Part shown: piece after piece, positions 29,449 through 38,354 of the stretch
Numbering within the stretch: position 1 is the first letter of the stretch
Layout: the number at the start of each line of letters is the position of its first letter
Assembly (NCBI GenBank): GCA_021162365.1
Contig: JAGGYW010000013.1
Location: forward strand, 8,960 to 72,959
Source of the DNA: Nanobdellota archaeon
Lineage (GTDB): Archaea > Nanobdellota > Nanobdellia > CSSed11-243R1
Direction of reading: 5' to 3'
DNA length: 64,000 nucleotides
The notes under the pieces: generated by a model
The model's database searches: none
Told to the model about the DNA's origin: nothing
What the model saw: the letters and a program-made list of their open reading frames with translations, nothing else
Translations under genes and position numbers: made by a program

Positions 29449-32400
29449 TCAACAGTTCATGGTTATTGTGATAGTTTGAGTATAACTACTTGCGGCTTGG
29501 TATTGTGGTACTCCTACTCCAAAGTAGGTTGTTATCGAATTTCCTGCTCCAAGATTTGTTGTTATCGCAGCATCTGTTGTTGTCAAGTCAGTTCCGCTTC
29601 CGTATGTAAATGCACTTGTACTCCATTCTGTGTTCCCAACTGCGAATGTGTTTCCTCCTCCATCACTCCAATCTGTTCCTCTAATGGTAACATTTGTTGC
29701 TGTTCCACTTCCAGAGTTGGTAATAGTAACATTTTGGTTTGTGCTTCCAGTATTTGTTCCTGGATTCACACTTCCAAAACTAATTGTGTTTGTGGATAGA
29801 GAAACTACACATGTTTGTGTGTTTAAAATTGTTAGATTTGTGAGTGGGTCATAATAATTGCTATATGTATTTGTTCCGTCCACATCTATTGCCCTGCATC
29901 TCAAATCAACATTTGTTTGGTCAGGGATGTTGGATACGTTCCATACAAATGTGCTTCCTTCGGTATGGTTCCCTATAGTTCTCCATTTTTTAACTAATCC
30001 CCAAGCACATTGGCTACATGATTGGCAGGATGTTTGGCTTGTGTATGTGTCACAATTTAAGTTTCCATTACAAGATTGGGGTACACTTTTTATGCCTGTG
30101 ATGTTCACACAGTCTAGGTAAGCATCATCTCTATTTCCCGAAAACTCTGTTTCAAATCTAATTGTAACCGAGTCATCAAATGTGCAATCGCTTGGAGTAA
30201 TTGTTACACACTGTTCATCTGTGCATCCATTTAGCCATTGGCCTTCCGTACCTTTTTCGTTTGGGCAGTAGGTCCACACTATGTTTCCATCACATTTTAG
30301 GTCTATACACTCTCCCGCCTCTATGCTTGTATAATATGCGGACCAGCTTATGGTTACGTTGGTATATCCTGTAAAGTTGAATGACTTTTCTGTATATGAG
30401 GTAGTGGTATCGTCTTGAAGGTGCCATGAGTAACTTCCTCCACTACTCCCATCATCTTGACAATTACTTGTTACACTACTCCAGTCCGAATCTGATCCTG
30501 GATCAGTCCATCCGTCTGGTCCCGATTCCCAGCCAGTATAGTAAATATTTGTCTTAGATGTTCCTCCTCCCCAGCTGCATCCTGCTGATGAACAATTACT
30601 ACAACTGCTCGAATCGCTGCATGCACTACAGCTTCCATTGTTGTAGCAGGAGTAATCACTATAATTTGCTTCTATAACGTACGTAATTGTATCTCCGTCC
30701 GGATCAGTGGAGCCGGAGCAAGTTATATTTACGCTGTTAGAGAAAGTTCTGTTACAGCTTCCTCCGTCACAACTTATGTTGGTAGGGGTGGTTGGTGGGC
30801 CCTCTTCTCCAAATAGATATTGGGTAGTTGAGTCTCTGCTCTGACTAATTGGGAATATAGCTCTATAGGCACTGCCGTCTTGTTCAAATTGAATCTGTGT
30901 GGCACTTAAGATTTGAGTCCAAATTCCATTTGAGTATTTGTATACCATACCGTTTGCATGGGATAAGTTGGTTACTTCTATGTATAGTTTTTCTGTGCCT
31001 TGGTCCCAATTTGAGTTTCCTGTAATATTGAATTTTATGTCTTTACCTGTATTTCTCTGTATTTTGTATATAAATTCTTTTGAGTCAAAACCAGTTATGG
31101 TACAATTTTCTACAGCAGTTATTGTTGCGGGATTCTCATGAAGAGAGTATATATTTTTTACGGTTGCATTTGAATTTCCGTCATAAAGGACAGTTATTGT
31201 AAATATATCATCATAGTTTTGTATGGAATTTGCGGAATACCAGAATTGATCGAAATAATCACTTCCATTCGTTTCTATATCTATTGTTGAGCTGTCTTGA
31301 TCTGTGGCTCCACTTGGCATTGCCTTTATTATCTTTCCGAATGCTAAATCGTTTGTAGTTGATCCATACCAACTAACCCACGAATTACTTGATTGATCAA
31401 ATACGTCATACACAGAATTTGAAGTTGAGGTTGTTGTGTCTGTCGGTCCCGCTTTGCTTCCGCCAGTATAATGTAAGCCATATGAATCATATCCACTTGT
31501 AGTATTTGTGTCATTTACCACGGTTAAAATTCGTAACCCATCATTGTATGTTCCAGCAAAGTTTATTGTTTTTATTCTTCCTACATAATAGTCATTATAG
31601 AAGTACCAATCTATGTATATCTGGCCCGACCAGTTTACCTCTACAGCGACTCTATAAGAGCCATTTTCTAAAATTGTTATATCTGTTGGAGTTACTTGGT
31701 TCGAGATTATATCGCTTATTGGTACGGTGATAAGTGGTTTGTATACTAATGCTACATAATCTGCTATGTAGCCTTGAGATAATTCTACGTTTGGATCGTA
31801 TTCTTTTGACCAGAAGTCTTTAACGTACCCCCATGATGTATAGGATGTGTTGTTACTGATACATACTTTGTATTTGTTTGTTTCCACAGTTATACATGTT
31901 CCATCTGCACTTACTACATATGCTGGGTCATTTGCAGATATATGGAGGGTGTAATTCTGTCCAGGTGTAACGTCAGCAATTTTTGTCCAGCTTCCTTCAC
32001 ATTCTCTTGAGCTAAAATTCCAATCTTTACATTTGTATATGAAGTTCCCCTTTGGTGTTATGGTTACATTCCCTTCAACAAATTTAACCTTTGGATCTAT
32101 TGCAAAAGATTGAACAGCATCTTGGATATTTGATGGAATATCTAAATCTAAGTCAACTATCTCATTTAATGTGGATTGTATCTCCACATTCTTTAGAGTT
32201 ATTGATTTAACAATGTGGTTTCTTGGAATTAATTTGATAGTATAGTTCCCCTTCTTTACGCTGATTGGAGTTCCTTCGGAGATAGCAATTAGCTTGTTAT
32301 TTTGGAATACTTTCGCAGTTGTTGGTATGTCTTTATTTTCAAAGTCCTTAATTTTTGGTGTGATTACTATGTACATCCTACCAAAATATGACGCGCTCAT

Positions 32401-33426
32401 ATTTGTTTCGTTTTTTGGGAGTTGGAATACAAATACCTCTGATTGATTTCCAACTTGAAGTTCAAAGCGGCTTCCATCCCATTTGTAAATGGTGAGAGTT
32501 ATGTTCTCATTAGGTGGTGCTGGGTATTTACTAAACCCATATGTTACGTTACCTATGATGTAGAATGGTTCCTCTTTTGTAGAGTTATGTGAAAAAACTA
32601 TTACAAAATTATCATTTTTCCAAGAAGTAGACAAAATTTTTACATCAAAGTTTTCGTCATCTTTTATCTTTTCATAATATTTTTCACTGCTCATGTTTTG
32701 GATCGCAGAAACATTTTCTTCTTGTACCTTTACAAATGAATACTGAATTTTGAATATCTTTACTTTTCCATTTCCATGTAATTCAAAGTAGAGTTTATAT
32801 GAAGAATAATTTAACTTTTTATCAAGTAGGTTACATGTTTCTTCGCAGACATAGTTAAGGGGCACAACTCTTGTAGCTTGTGTTGGGGTTTCTCCTCCAG
32901 TTTCGCCTTCTACACCCCCTTTTTCTTTTTGAGGGAGTGCCTTTTTTACATCTTTTATAAGGAATGCCGTCACACCTTTCATGGCAAGGAAGTCTTTCGT
33001 GTTTGCAATTAGGTATCTGTTTCCATCTTTATCCTCGAGGTATATTTGCGCGTCTCCGTCCCCTTCATATACTCCGGAAATTTTTATGGAACTTAAATAG
33101 CCCTTCACTTTGTTTTGTGGTTCCCAATTTACATATTTTGAATTTTCTACAATGATGTTTACATCATCTGTGAAGGAGATAATGTTGCTTTCGGATGTTA
33201 CGAATCCTTCAATTGATGGGGATATGTGTGTTACAAGTGTGTATGATACAATTGAGAGTAGGATGAAGACAATGAAGGGAAGAAATGGTCCCGCCCTCTT
33301 CCCTTTAAGTAACCTTTCTCTTATCATTCCATCAGTTACTTTCTTTTTGATGCCAATTATTTCGAGGGACTTTATCGTTTTTGGGTTTTGAAGATTAACT
33401 TTATACAGTGTTTTCTTGCCTTCCAC
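29449..33426 (-). CDS. Giant (1325 aa by track) surface protein. N-terminal signal-anchor (most plausible start ATG at 33327: MIRERLLKGKRAGPFLPFIVFILLSIV...). Huge Thr/Ser/Asn-rich extracellular region with Cys-rich modules. C-terminal domain is homologous to the 164-aa protein at 28463-28957.
   Basis: ORF track (the track start is GTG at 33426). See finding on the in-frame wHTH-like extension up to 33588. Confidence 0.7.
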   Translation of the reverse strand: MEGKKTLYKVNLQNPKTIKSLEIIGIKKKVTDGMIRERLLKGKRAGPFLPFIVFILLSIVSYTLVTHISPSIEGFVTSESNIISFTDDVNIIVENSKYVNWEPQNKVKGYLSSIKISGVYEGDGDAQIYLEDKDGNRYLIANTKDFLAMKGVTAFLIKDVKKALPQKEKGGVEGETGGETPTQATRVVPLNYVCEETCNLLDKKLNYSSYKLYFELHGNGKVKIFKIQYSFVKVQEENVSAIQNMSSEKYYEKIKDDENFDVKILSTSWKNDNFVIVFSHNSTKEEPFYIIGNVTYGFSKYPAPPNENITLTIYKWDGSRFELQVGNQSEVFVFQLPKNETNMSASYFGRMYIVITPKIKDFENKDIPTTAKVFQNNKLIAISEGTPISVKKGNYTIKLIPRNHIVKSITLKNVEIQSTLNEIVDLDLDIPSNIQDAVQSFAIDPKVKFVEGNVTITPKGNFIYKCKDWNFSSRECEGSWTKIADVTPGQNYTLHISANDPAYVVSADGTCITVETNKYKVCISNNTSYTSWGYVKDFWSKEYDPNVELSQGYIADYVALVYKPLITVPISDIISNQVTPTDITILENGSYRVAVEVNWSGQIYIDWYFYNDYYVGRIKTINFAGTYNDGLRILTVVNDTNTTSGYDSYGLHYTGGSKAGPTDTTTSTSNSVYDVFDQSSNSWVSWYGSTTNDLAFGKIIKAMPSGATDQDSSTIDIETNGSDYFDQFWYSANSIQNYDDIFTITVLYDGNSNATVKNIYSLHENPATITAVENCTITGFDSKEFIYKIQRNTGKDIKFNITGNSNWDQGTEKLYIEVTNLSHANGMVYKYSNGIWTQILSATQIQFEQDGSAYRAIFPISQSRDSTTQYLFGEEGPPTTPTNISCDGGSCNRTFSNSVNITCSGSTDPDGDTITYVIEANYSDYSCYNNGSCSACSDSSSCSNCSSAGCSWGGGTSKTNIYYTGWESGPDGWTDPGSDSDWSSVTSNCQDDGSSGGSYSWHLQDDTTTSYTEKSFNFTGYTNVTISWSAYYTSIEAGECIDLKCDGNIVWTYCPNEKGTEGQWLNGCTDEQCVTITPSDCTFDDSVTIRFETEFSGNRDDAYLDCVNITGIKSVPQSCNGNLNCDTYTSQTSCQSCSQCAWGLVKKWRTIGNHTEGSTFVWNVSNIPDQTNVDLRCRAIDVDGTNTYSNYYDPLTNLTILNTQTCVVSLSTNTISFGSVNPGTNTGSTNQNVTITNSGSGTATNVTIRGTDWSDGGGNTFAVGNTEWSTSAFTYGSGTDLTTTDAAITTNLGAGNSITTYFGVGVPQYQAASSYTQTITITMNC

Positions 33427-33625
33427 TTTTCTAATTAGATGATTTTGTTTGACTAAGTCATTTAAATGTCTGTGCGCAGGTTCGTATGATATCTTGAGTT
33501 TATCTTGTATCTCTTTGATAGAATACCATCTATTTGGATCACTGAATGCTCTTAATACTTCTAAGTAACTGTTTATTTTCTTTATAGTACCACCAATTTA
33601 TAGGAGAAAATAAGCGCTTAAAAAA

Positions 33626-33644
33626 CTATTGGATTATCCAATAG
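33626..33644. promoter_or_regulatory. 19-bp perfect palindrome ctattggat-t-atccaatag upstream of the giant surface-protein gene. Candidate operator for a winged-helix regulator.
   Basis: Seen in sequence. Adjacent TTTTTTAA TATA-like element on the minus strand. Confidence 0.4.
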
Positions 33645-33670
33645 AAGCACTTTTCTTTCTTAAAAAGAAA

Positions 33671-33692
33671 GAAACCTGCACTAAAGAAAGAA
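33671..33692. repeat. 22-nt exact repeat gaaacctgcactaaagaaagaa (second copy at 39280-39301), flanked by a TTTCTTTCTT-AAAA-AGAAAGAAA hairpin.
   Basis: Exact string match between the two loci. Confidence 0.6.
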
Positions 33693-33789
33693 ATTACTCT
33701 TTCCACAACTTACGCTTTGACAAGACTTCGTCTCGGCATAAGCGACGGAGTCGCTCTGTCTCTTCTTCCTAAAAAAGAAAGGGCAGAAG

Positions 33790-34047
33790 AGGGCCCGGTG
33801 GGACTTCCAAGCACTCGCCAAGAGTTTCTCTCTTAGCGCAGGTTCTCTCTTTTCAAAGAGAGAAAGTGCTTTCGAACCCACGACCCCTTGCTTGCCACGC
33901 TCCCTCTTTCTTTCCCGAGGGTTTCTTTCTCGGGAGAAAGAAAGGCTCTTAGGAGGCAAGTGCTCTATCCAAGCTTTGCCACGCACCCATTCTGCCAGCG
34001 CTTTTCCGTGCACGCTTTTTTAAAGGGTGCGTTTGAGCTACGGGCCC
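33790..34047 (-). tRNA. Candidate tRNA-Arg (anticodon CCT) with multiple introns: D-loop, anticodon loop, T-loop 59/60. The variable region is atypically long (possible extra intron), so the model is tentative.
   Basis: Manual parse. GGGCCCG-TA-GCTC...CTTGGATA-GAGC-A-CTTGC-CTCCTAA[intron]GCAAG-...-GTGGG-TTCGAA[intron]T-CCCAC-CGGGCCC-T. Introns contain gtttctttctcgggagaaagaaagg-type hairpins. Confidence 0.45.
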
Positions 34048-34101
34048 TTTTGTACAATAACAATCCAATTCTTTTTAAAATTTAACTTTCTAAAATTAGA
34101 T

Positions 34102-34704
34102 ATGGGTGAGCTGATAAGGAATTTTAATTTCTTGAAAGAAAATGGGTTTAATGTAGCTGAATTTGGATTTGCTAAGACGATAGGAGATGCAATAGACATT
34201 GCGGATAGGATAGGGTATCCTATAGTACTTAAAATTCCTTCACAGATGCATAAAAGTAAAGTTGGTGGCGTTTTGACGAATATTCATAATTTAACTGACT
34301 TAAAGACTTTGAGTAAGGATTTTGTAGATACCTTAGAGGAGAGAGGGGTTTTCTTTGATGGGTTAATTGTTCAGAAGCAAATAAAGGGTGTCGAGTTAAT
34401 TGTCGGACTAAAGGAGGATAAAGTTTTTGGAAGAGTAATTTTGCTTGGCAGTGGAGGTACTCTTGCAGAGATGATTAATGATGTTACATTTAGGGTTTGT
34501 CCAATTACAGAGAGAGATGCGGTGGAGATGGTTGGAGAGATAAAGGCAAAAGCACTTCTGTCAAAGGAAGGGGTATCCTTAAATGAGCTTACAGATTTGC
34601 TTGTTAAAGTTTCTAAGATAAATATAAAAGAGATGGATTTGAATCCTGTGATTTGTAATTCTAATGGATGTTGGATTGTTGACGCAAGAATTCTTAAGGT
34701 GTAA
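34102..34704 (+). CDS. ATP-grasp domain protein, acetate--CoA ligase (ADP-forming) beta-subunit-like. Start corrected to MGELIRNF.
   Basis: IGYPIVLKIPSQMHKSKVGGV... typical of the ACD beta/ATP-grasp_5 family. Weak call. Confidence 0.5.
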   Translation: MGELIRNFNFLKENGFNVAEFGFAKTIGDAIDIADRIGYPIVLKIPSQMHKSKVGGVLTNIHNLTDLKTLSKDFVDTLEERGVFFDGLIVQKQIKGVELIVGLKEDKVFGRVILLGSGGTLAEMINDVTFRVCPITERDAVEMVGEIKAKALLSKEGVSLNELTDLLVKVSKINIKEMDLNPVICNSNGCWIVDARILKV

Positions 34705-35971
34705 GCCGTTCTGGGTCTCTTGGGGTTAGGCTTGCCTCTCTTATGTTTTGTAGTCCAAGAATTAACATGGTTAGTCTTTCTATGCCGATTGCAAATCCGC
34801 CATGGGGTGGGATACCATATTTGAAGAATCTTAAGTGATCGAATGTTTCCGGATTTAGTCCCTTTTCAATCATTTGAGATTTCCTTTTTTCATAGTTTTC
34901 TTCACGTAATCCACCAGTTGTTATTTCAATACCTTTGTATAATAAATCGAAAGACAGCGTGTTCTCCCCTTCTTTTTTTGCATAGAATACTTTGTGCTTG
35001 AATGGGAAGTGTGTTAGGAATACGAAATCGGAATCGTGCTCTTTTTTAGCCCATTCGCAGAGTGCTTTTTCCCCTGCGTGTGTTAAATCACCTTCCTCTG
35101 TTTCGACGCCCATTTTTTCTACAATTTTTTTCGCTTCTCCAAATTTTATTCGTGGTATTTTCTTTGGGAAGTTGAGAGTTACATTATAAACTTGGATTGC
35201 ATTTTCGTTTTTGATTTTTTCAAACAGATACCTTAACATTTTTTCTTCAAAATTTAATAGTTCATCGAAGTTATCTGTAATCCACTCAACATCAAATGAG
35301 TTATATTCACATAAATGTCTTATTGTGTGGTGTGGTTCCGCCCTGTAAACATTCCCTATTTCATATACCTTTTCTAATCCACCACTTAGTGCGAGCTCTT
35401 TGTAAAATTGAGGAGATTGTGCTAAGTATGCCTTTTTGTCAAAGTAATCAACTTCGAAGTATTCTGTGCCCCCCTCTGTGGGTACTCCAACAAGTTTGGA
35501 GGTGTTTATTCTAATAAACTCATTTTCATCGCAGAATCTTGAAAGGGTATTTATTATTTTGCTTTGGAGCTTAAAGATTTCATTTACTTTTGGATTGCGG
35601 ATATCTATAAATCTCCAATCTAATCTTTTGCTAAGATCCGTTTCAATCTTCCCAGAGATATCAATTGGGATTGGTGTTTCCGCTTTGGAGAGAATTTTTA
35701 TTTCACTTGGGATTAATTCTTTTCCTCCTCGCGCTTCTTTGCTGTCAATCATTTTTCCTTTAACGAAGATATAGGATTCTTGTGTCGGTTCTAATGAGAA
35801 TACTTCGTCCGGCACTTTTGCTTTTGGCATAGTTATCTGCAGTGTTCCTGTCGAATCTCTGAGAATGATGAACTTAATTTTTTTCAAGTCTCTGTAACTT
35901 TCGACCCACCCAGCTACAGCTACACTTTGCAAATTAAATGCATCTTTAATAGGAACTCGTTTTTCTAACAT
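34694..35971 (-). CDS. aspS: Aspartyl-tRNA synthetase, archaeal type (class IIb; AsnRS cannot be fully excluded).
   Basis: N-terminal OB fold, LAQSPQFYKELA, motif 2/3 (FRAE-like NVYRAEP, GGFAIGIERLTMLILG). Confidence 0.75.
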   Translation of the reverse strand: MLEKRVPIKDAFNLQSVAVAGWVESYRDLKKIKFIILRDSTGTLQITMPKAKVPDEVFSLEPTQESYIFVKGKMIDSKEARGGKELIPSEIKILSKAETPIPIDISGKIETDLSKRLDWRFIDIRNPKVNEIFKLQSKIINTLSRFCDENEFIRINTSKLVGVPTEGGTEYFEVDYFDKKAYLAQSPQFYKELALSGGLEKVYEIGNVYRAEPHHTIRHLCEYNSFDVEWITDNFDELLNFEEKMLRYLFEKIKNENAIQVYNVTLNFPKKIPRIKFGEAKKIVEKMGVETEEGDLTHAGEKALCEWAKKEHDSDFVFLTHFPFKHKVFYAKKEGENTLSFDLLYKGIEITTGGLREENYEKRKSQMIEKGLNPETFDHLRFFKYGIPPHGGFAIGIERLTMLILGLQNIREASLTPRDPERLTP

Positions 35972-35975
35972 AATA

Positions 35976-36992
35976 TCACTGCATTAATTTTTGTCGGATG
36001 AATGCATTTAGTTCTACTAGTGCATCTTGTGTGGTGATTATCTGTTGTTTTAATATTTCGATATCCTTTCTTAGCTCTTCTATTTCCCCACTCTCTACTT
36101 CTGGTTGTTTAGATTCAAGTTGAGAAATTCTTTCGTTTAATTCGTCAATTGTTTCTTGATTGGATTGAATAGTTAACTTTAATTCATCAATTTCGTCAGC
36201 TATTTCGTAGAGCTTCTTTTTTGCCTCTTCGAATTCTTTTTTCTTTGCGAAAATGTCTTTCAGCTTTTTGAACTCTTCGAGAATGGCTTCAAAGTCTGGG
36301 CCCAATCTATCTTCAATGTCCCTTATTTTTTTGGCAAGCTCTAAATCTCTCTCAGCAAGCTCTTGTGGAGTGGGATATTTGTCCATGCTTAACTGCATCA
36401 TCTCCACTTTCTTTGAAAGGTCGTTTATTTTATTCTCAAGTTCACCTTCTGTGGCAGCAATGTCCATCTTTAATTGTCCGAAACTCTTTTGAAGTTCATC
36501 TATGCTTGCAAGCTTTTTATCTGTTGCAGCTAGCTTTTTGTCTGTTTCTTTTAATTTTTCATCTGTTTTTCTTAACCTTTCAATCGCTGCATCTATTTTC
36601 TCTATTTTTTCTTTGAGGAGTTTGTCCATTTTTGAGAACTTTGAAGAGAATTCTTCTAATTCATCCTTTGTGGCAAGTTTGCTTAATTTTTTACTTAGTT
36701 CCTTCTCCTTTTTCTCTTCATTCTCTTTAAGCCACTCCTCTATTTTCTCAATGTCTTTTATTAATGAATGGAATTTCTTTTCGATTGTTTCCTCAATTGA
36801 GCGGATTCGAGCTTTATTGGCATCTGTTTCGTCATCTATTCTTTTTGAGAGTTTGTTTATTTCTACCTCTTTTTCGCCTAGTTTTGCAATTACATCTACT
36901 GCTTTTTTGATTTCTTTTTCCAGTAAGGTTACTCTTTTTTCAACATCATCTAGTTTGTCCTTAAGGGAAGCAAGCTTATTTGGGAGATCCAT
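35976..36992 (-). CDS. Long coiled-coil protein (338 aa).
   Basis: Heptad-rich K/E/L composition throughout. No globular motif. Confidence 0.5.
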   Translation of the reverse strand: MDLPNKLASLKDKLDDVEKRVTLLEKEIKKAVDVIAKLGEKEVEINKLSKRIDDETDANKARIRSIEETIEKKFHSLIKDIEKIEEWLKENEEKKEKELSKKLSKLATKDELEEFSSKFSKMDKLLKEKIEKIDAAIERLRKTDEKLKETDKKLAATDKKLASIDELQKSFGQLKMDIAATEGELENKINDLSKKVEMMQLSMDKYPTPQELAERDLELAKKIRDIEDRLGPDFEAILEEFKKLKDIFAKKKEFEEAKKKLYEIADEIDELKLTIQSNQETIDELNERISQLESKQPEVESGEIEELRKDIEILKQQIITTQDALVELNAFIRQKLMQ

Positions 36993-37438
36993 TATAACAC
37001 CTTTTCTAATTCATTAATTAATTTAGAGGTATTGTTTACTTTTATATTTATTCTTTCTATTTCTGTCACTACTTTATGCAAGCGATCTTCGAGTTGGGTT
37101 ACTCTCTTTGAGATTTCTGATACTTCTTTCTTTATTTTTCTTATTTCTTTTTCTTCTTTATCTGATTGAATTGATTTTAAGGATTTTATTTCGCTTGAGA
37201 GGCGTTCTATCTGCCTTTTGAGCAGAAGGATTTCTTTTTTGTTCTCTTTTTCCTTTTTTATCTTTTGGAGCTCAACCTCAAGTTTTCTTGTTTTTATATC
37301 TGCATTTCTTTTTGTTCGTTCAATTTCTACTTTTAATTCCTTAATTTTCTTTAGCTCTCTAAGAAGGGGAGTTATAGCATGTTTTACTTCCTTGAACTCT
37401 TTTTTGAGACCTTCCACTTCATATGGTTTTAATGTCAT
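36992..37438 (-). CDS. Coiled-coil protein (148 aa).
   Basis: As above. Start/stop overlap with its neighbours indicates an operon. Confidence 0.5.
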   Translation of the reverse strand: MTLKPYEVEGLKKEFKEVKHAITPLLRELKKIKELKVEIERTKRNADIKTRKLEVELQKIKKEKENKKEILLLKRQIERLSSEIKSLKSIQSDKEEKEIRKIKKEVSEISKRVTQLEDRLHKVVTEIERINIKVNNTSKLINELEKVL

Positions 37439-37439
37439 T

Positions 37440-38354
37440 TTAATTACCTCTCAATATTTTTGCAATATTTTCTGGAGATATTTTACACAAGTTAATTCCA
37501 TATCCTTCTTTTATTGTTGGATGAAGTGTCTTTTGGAAGATTTTTATATGGAAATGGAAGTCTTTTTCTTTGTTTGGTCTTAGATAGAATACCATCCCAT
37601 ACTTGAATGGATTTATGGCGACACTTAATCGTGTGAGGATATTTTTAATTGTTTCTGCAAGAGTGAATATTTCGAAGTCGTTTAACTCACTAATACAGGT
37701 ATAGTGTTTTTTGGGGATTATCCACACTTCGAAGTTTTCTGATGGGGAAAATGGGGCGAAAGCTATGAATGAGTCATTTTCAAGTATGTGTCGCGGGCCT
37801 TTTGCTTCTTTTTTGATTATATCGCAATAAATGCATTTTTCTGTTTTAAATTGGTAATCATTAAATGCATTTATCTTTTCTTTAATTTGTTCTGGTAGAA
37901 TTGGTAAGGTGAAAATTTTTGAATATGCATGTTCGAACTCAAGATGAAGATTATCTTTTATTATTCCTATAAACTCCACATTTTCTCTATTTCTTAGCTC
38001 CTTAACTCTTGCTGCATAAACTTTTAGAACATTTTTTATTTCTTCTGAAGGAAGCTCATGTAACTCTTTTGTGTGGTCCCGAGTTTCTACAACTACCTCG
38101 CTCCACCCATGTGCATTTATGGTGTTAAATATTCTCTCTTTTTCTTTTACCTTAAACTTTGTTGGGTGTGTTAATGGGTAGGGGTCTACTATGCTTCTGA
38201 CAAGCCACTTTCCCTTTTTATCTTCAATTTTGAATGTTTCTTCAGTTTTTTCTTCTGATCCTGGACAGAGAGCACACCCTACCGCAGAAGGTTCAATTTC
38301 AGATAATATAGACCATTCATTTATATCATAGGATTTTCTGAGCTCGTTTTGCAT
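37440..38354 (-). CDS. Galactose-1-phosphate uridylyltransferase-like / nucleotidyl-sugar phosphorylase of the HIT superfamily (GalT branch).
   Basis: N-terminal CALCPGSE (GalT CxxCPG zinc motif) and C-terminal HFHIKIFQ (HxHxQ-like). Confidence 0.6.
   Translation of the reverse strand: MQNELRKSYDINEWSILSEIEPSAVGCALCPGSEEKTEETFKIEDKKGKWLVRSIVDPYPLTHPTKFKVKEKERIFNTINAHGWSEVVVETRDHTKELHELPSEEIKNVLKVYAARVKELRNRENVEFIGIIKDNLHLEFEHAYSKIFTLPILPEQIKEKINAFNDYQFKTEKCIYCDIIKKEAKGPRHILENDSFIAFAPFSPSENFEVWIIPKKHYTCISELNDFEIFTLAETIKNILTRLSVAINPFKYGMVFYLRPNKEKDFHFHIKIFQKTLHPTIKEGYGINLCKISPENIAKILRGN

Noticed and set aside
33700-33789. Additional tRNA or ncRNA hidden in the hairpin-rich stretch between the palindrome and tRNA-Arg(CCT)
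   Set aside because: Found near-palindromes (gacttcgtctcggcataagcgacggagtc) but no T-loop (TTCGAA/TTCAAAT) or acceptor pairing. Left as repeat-family member, not called.
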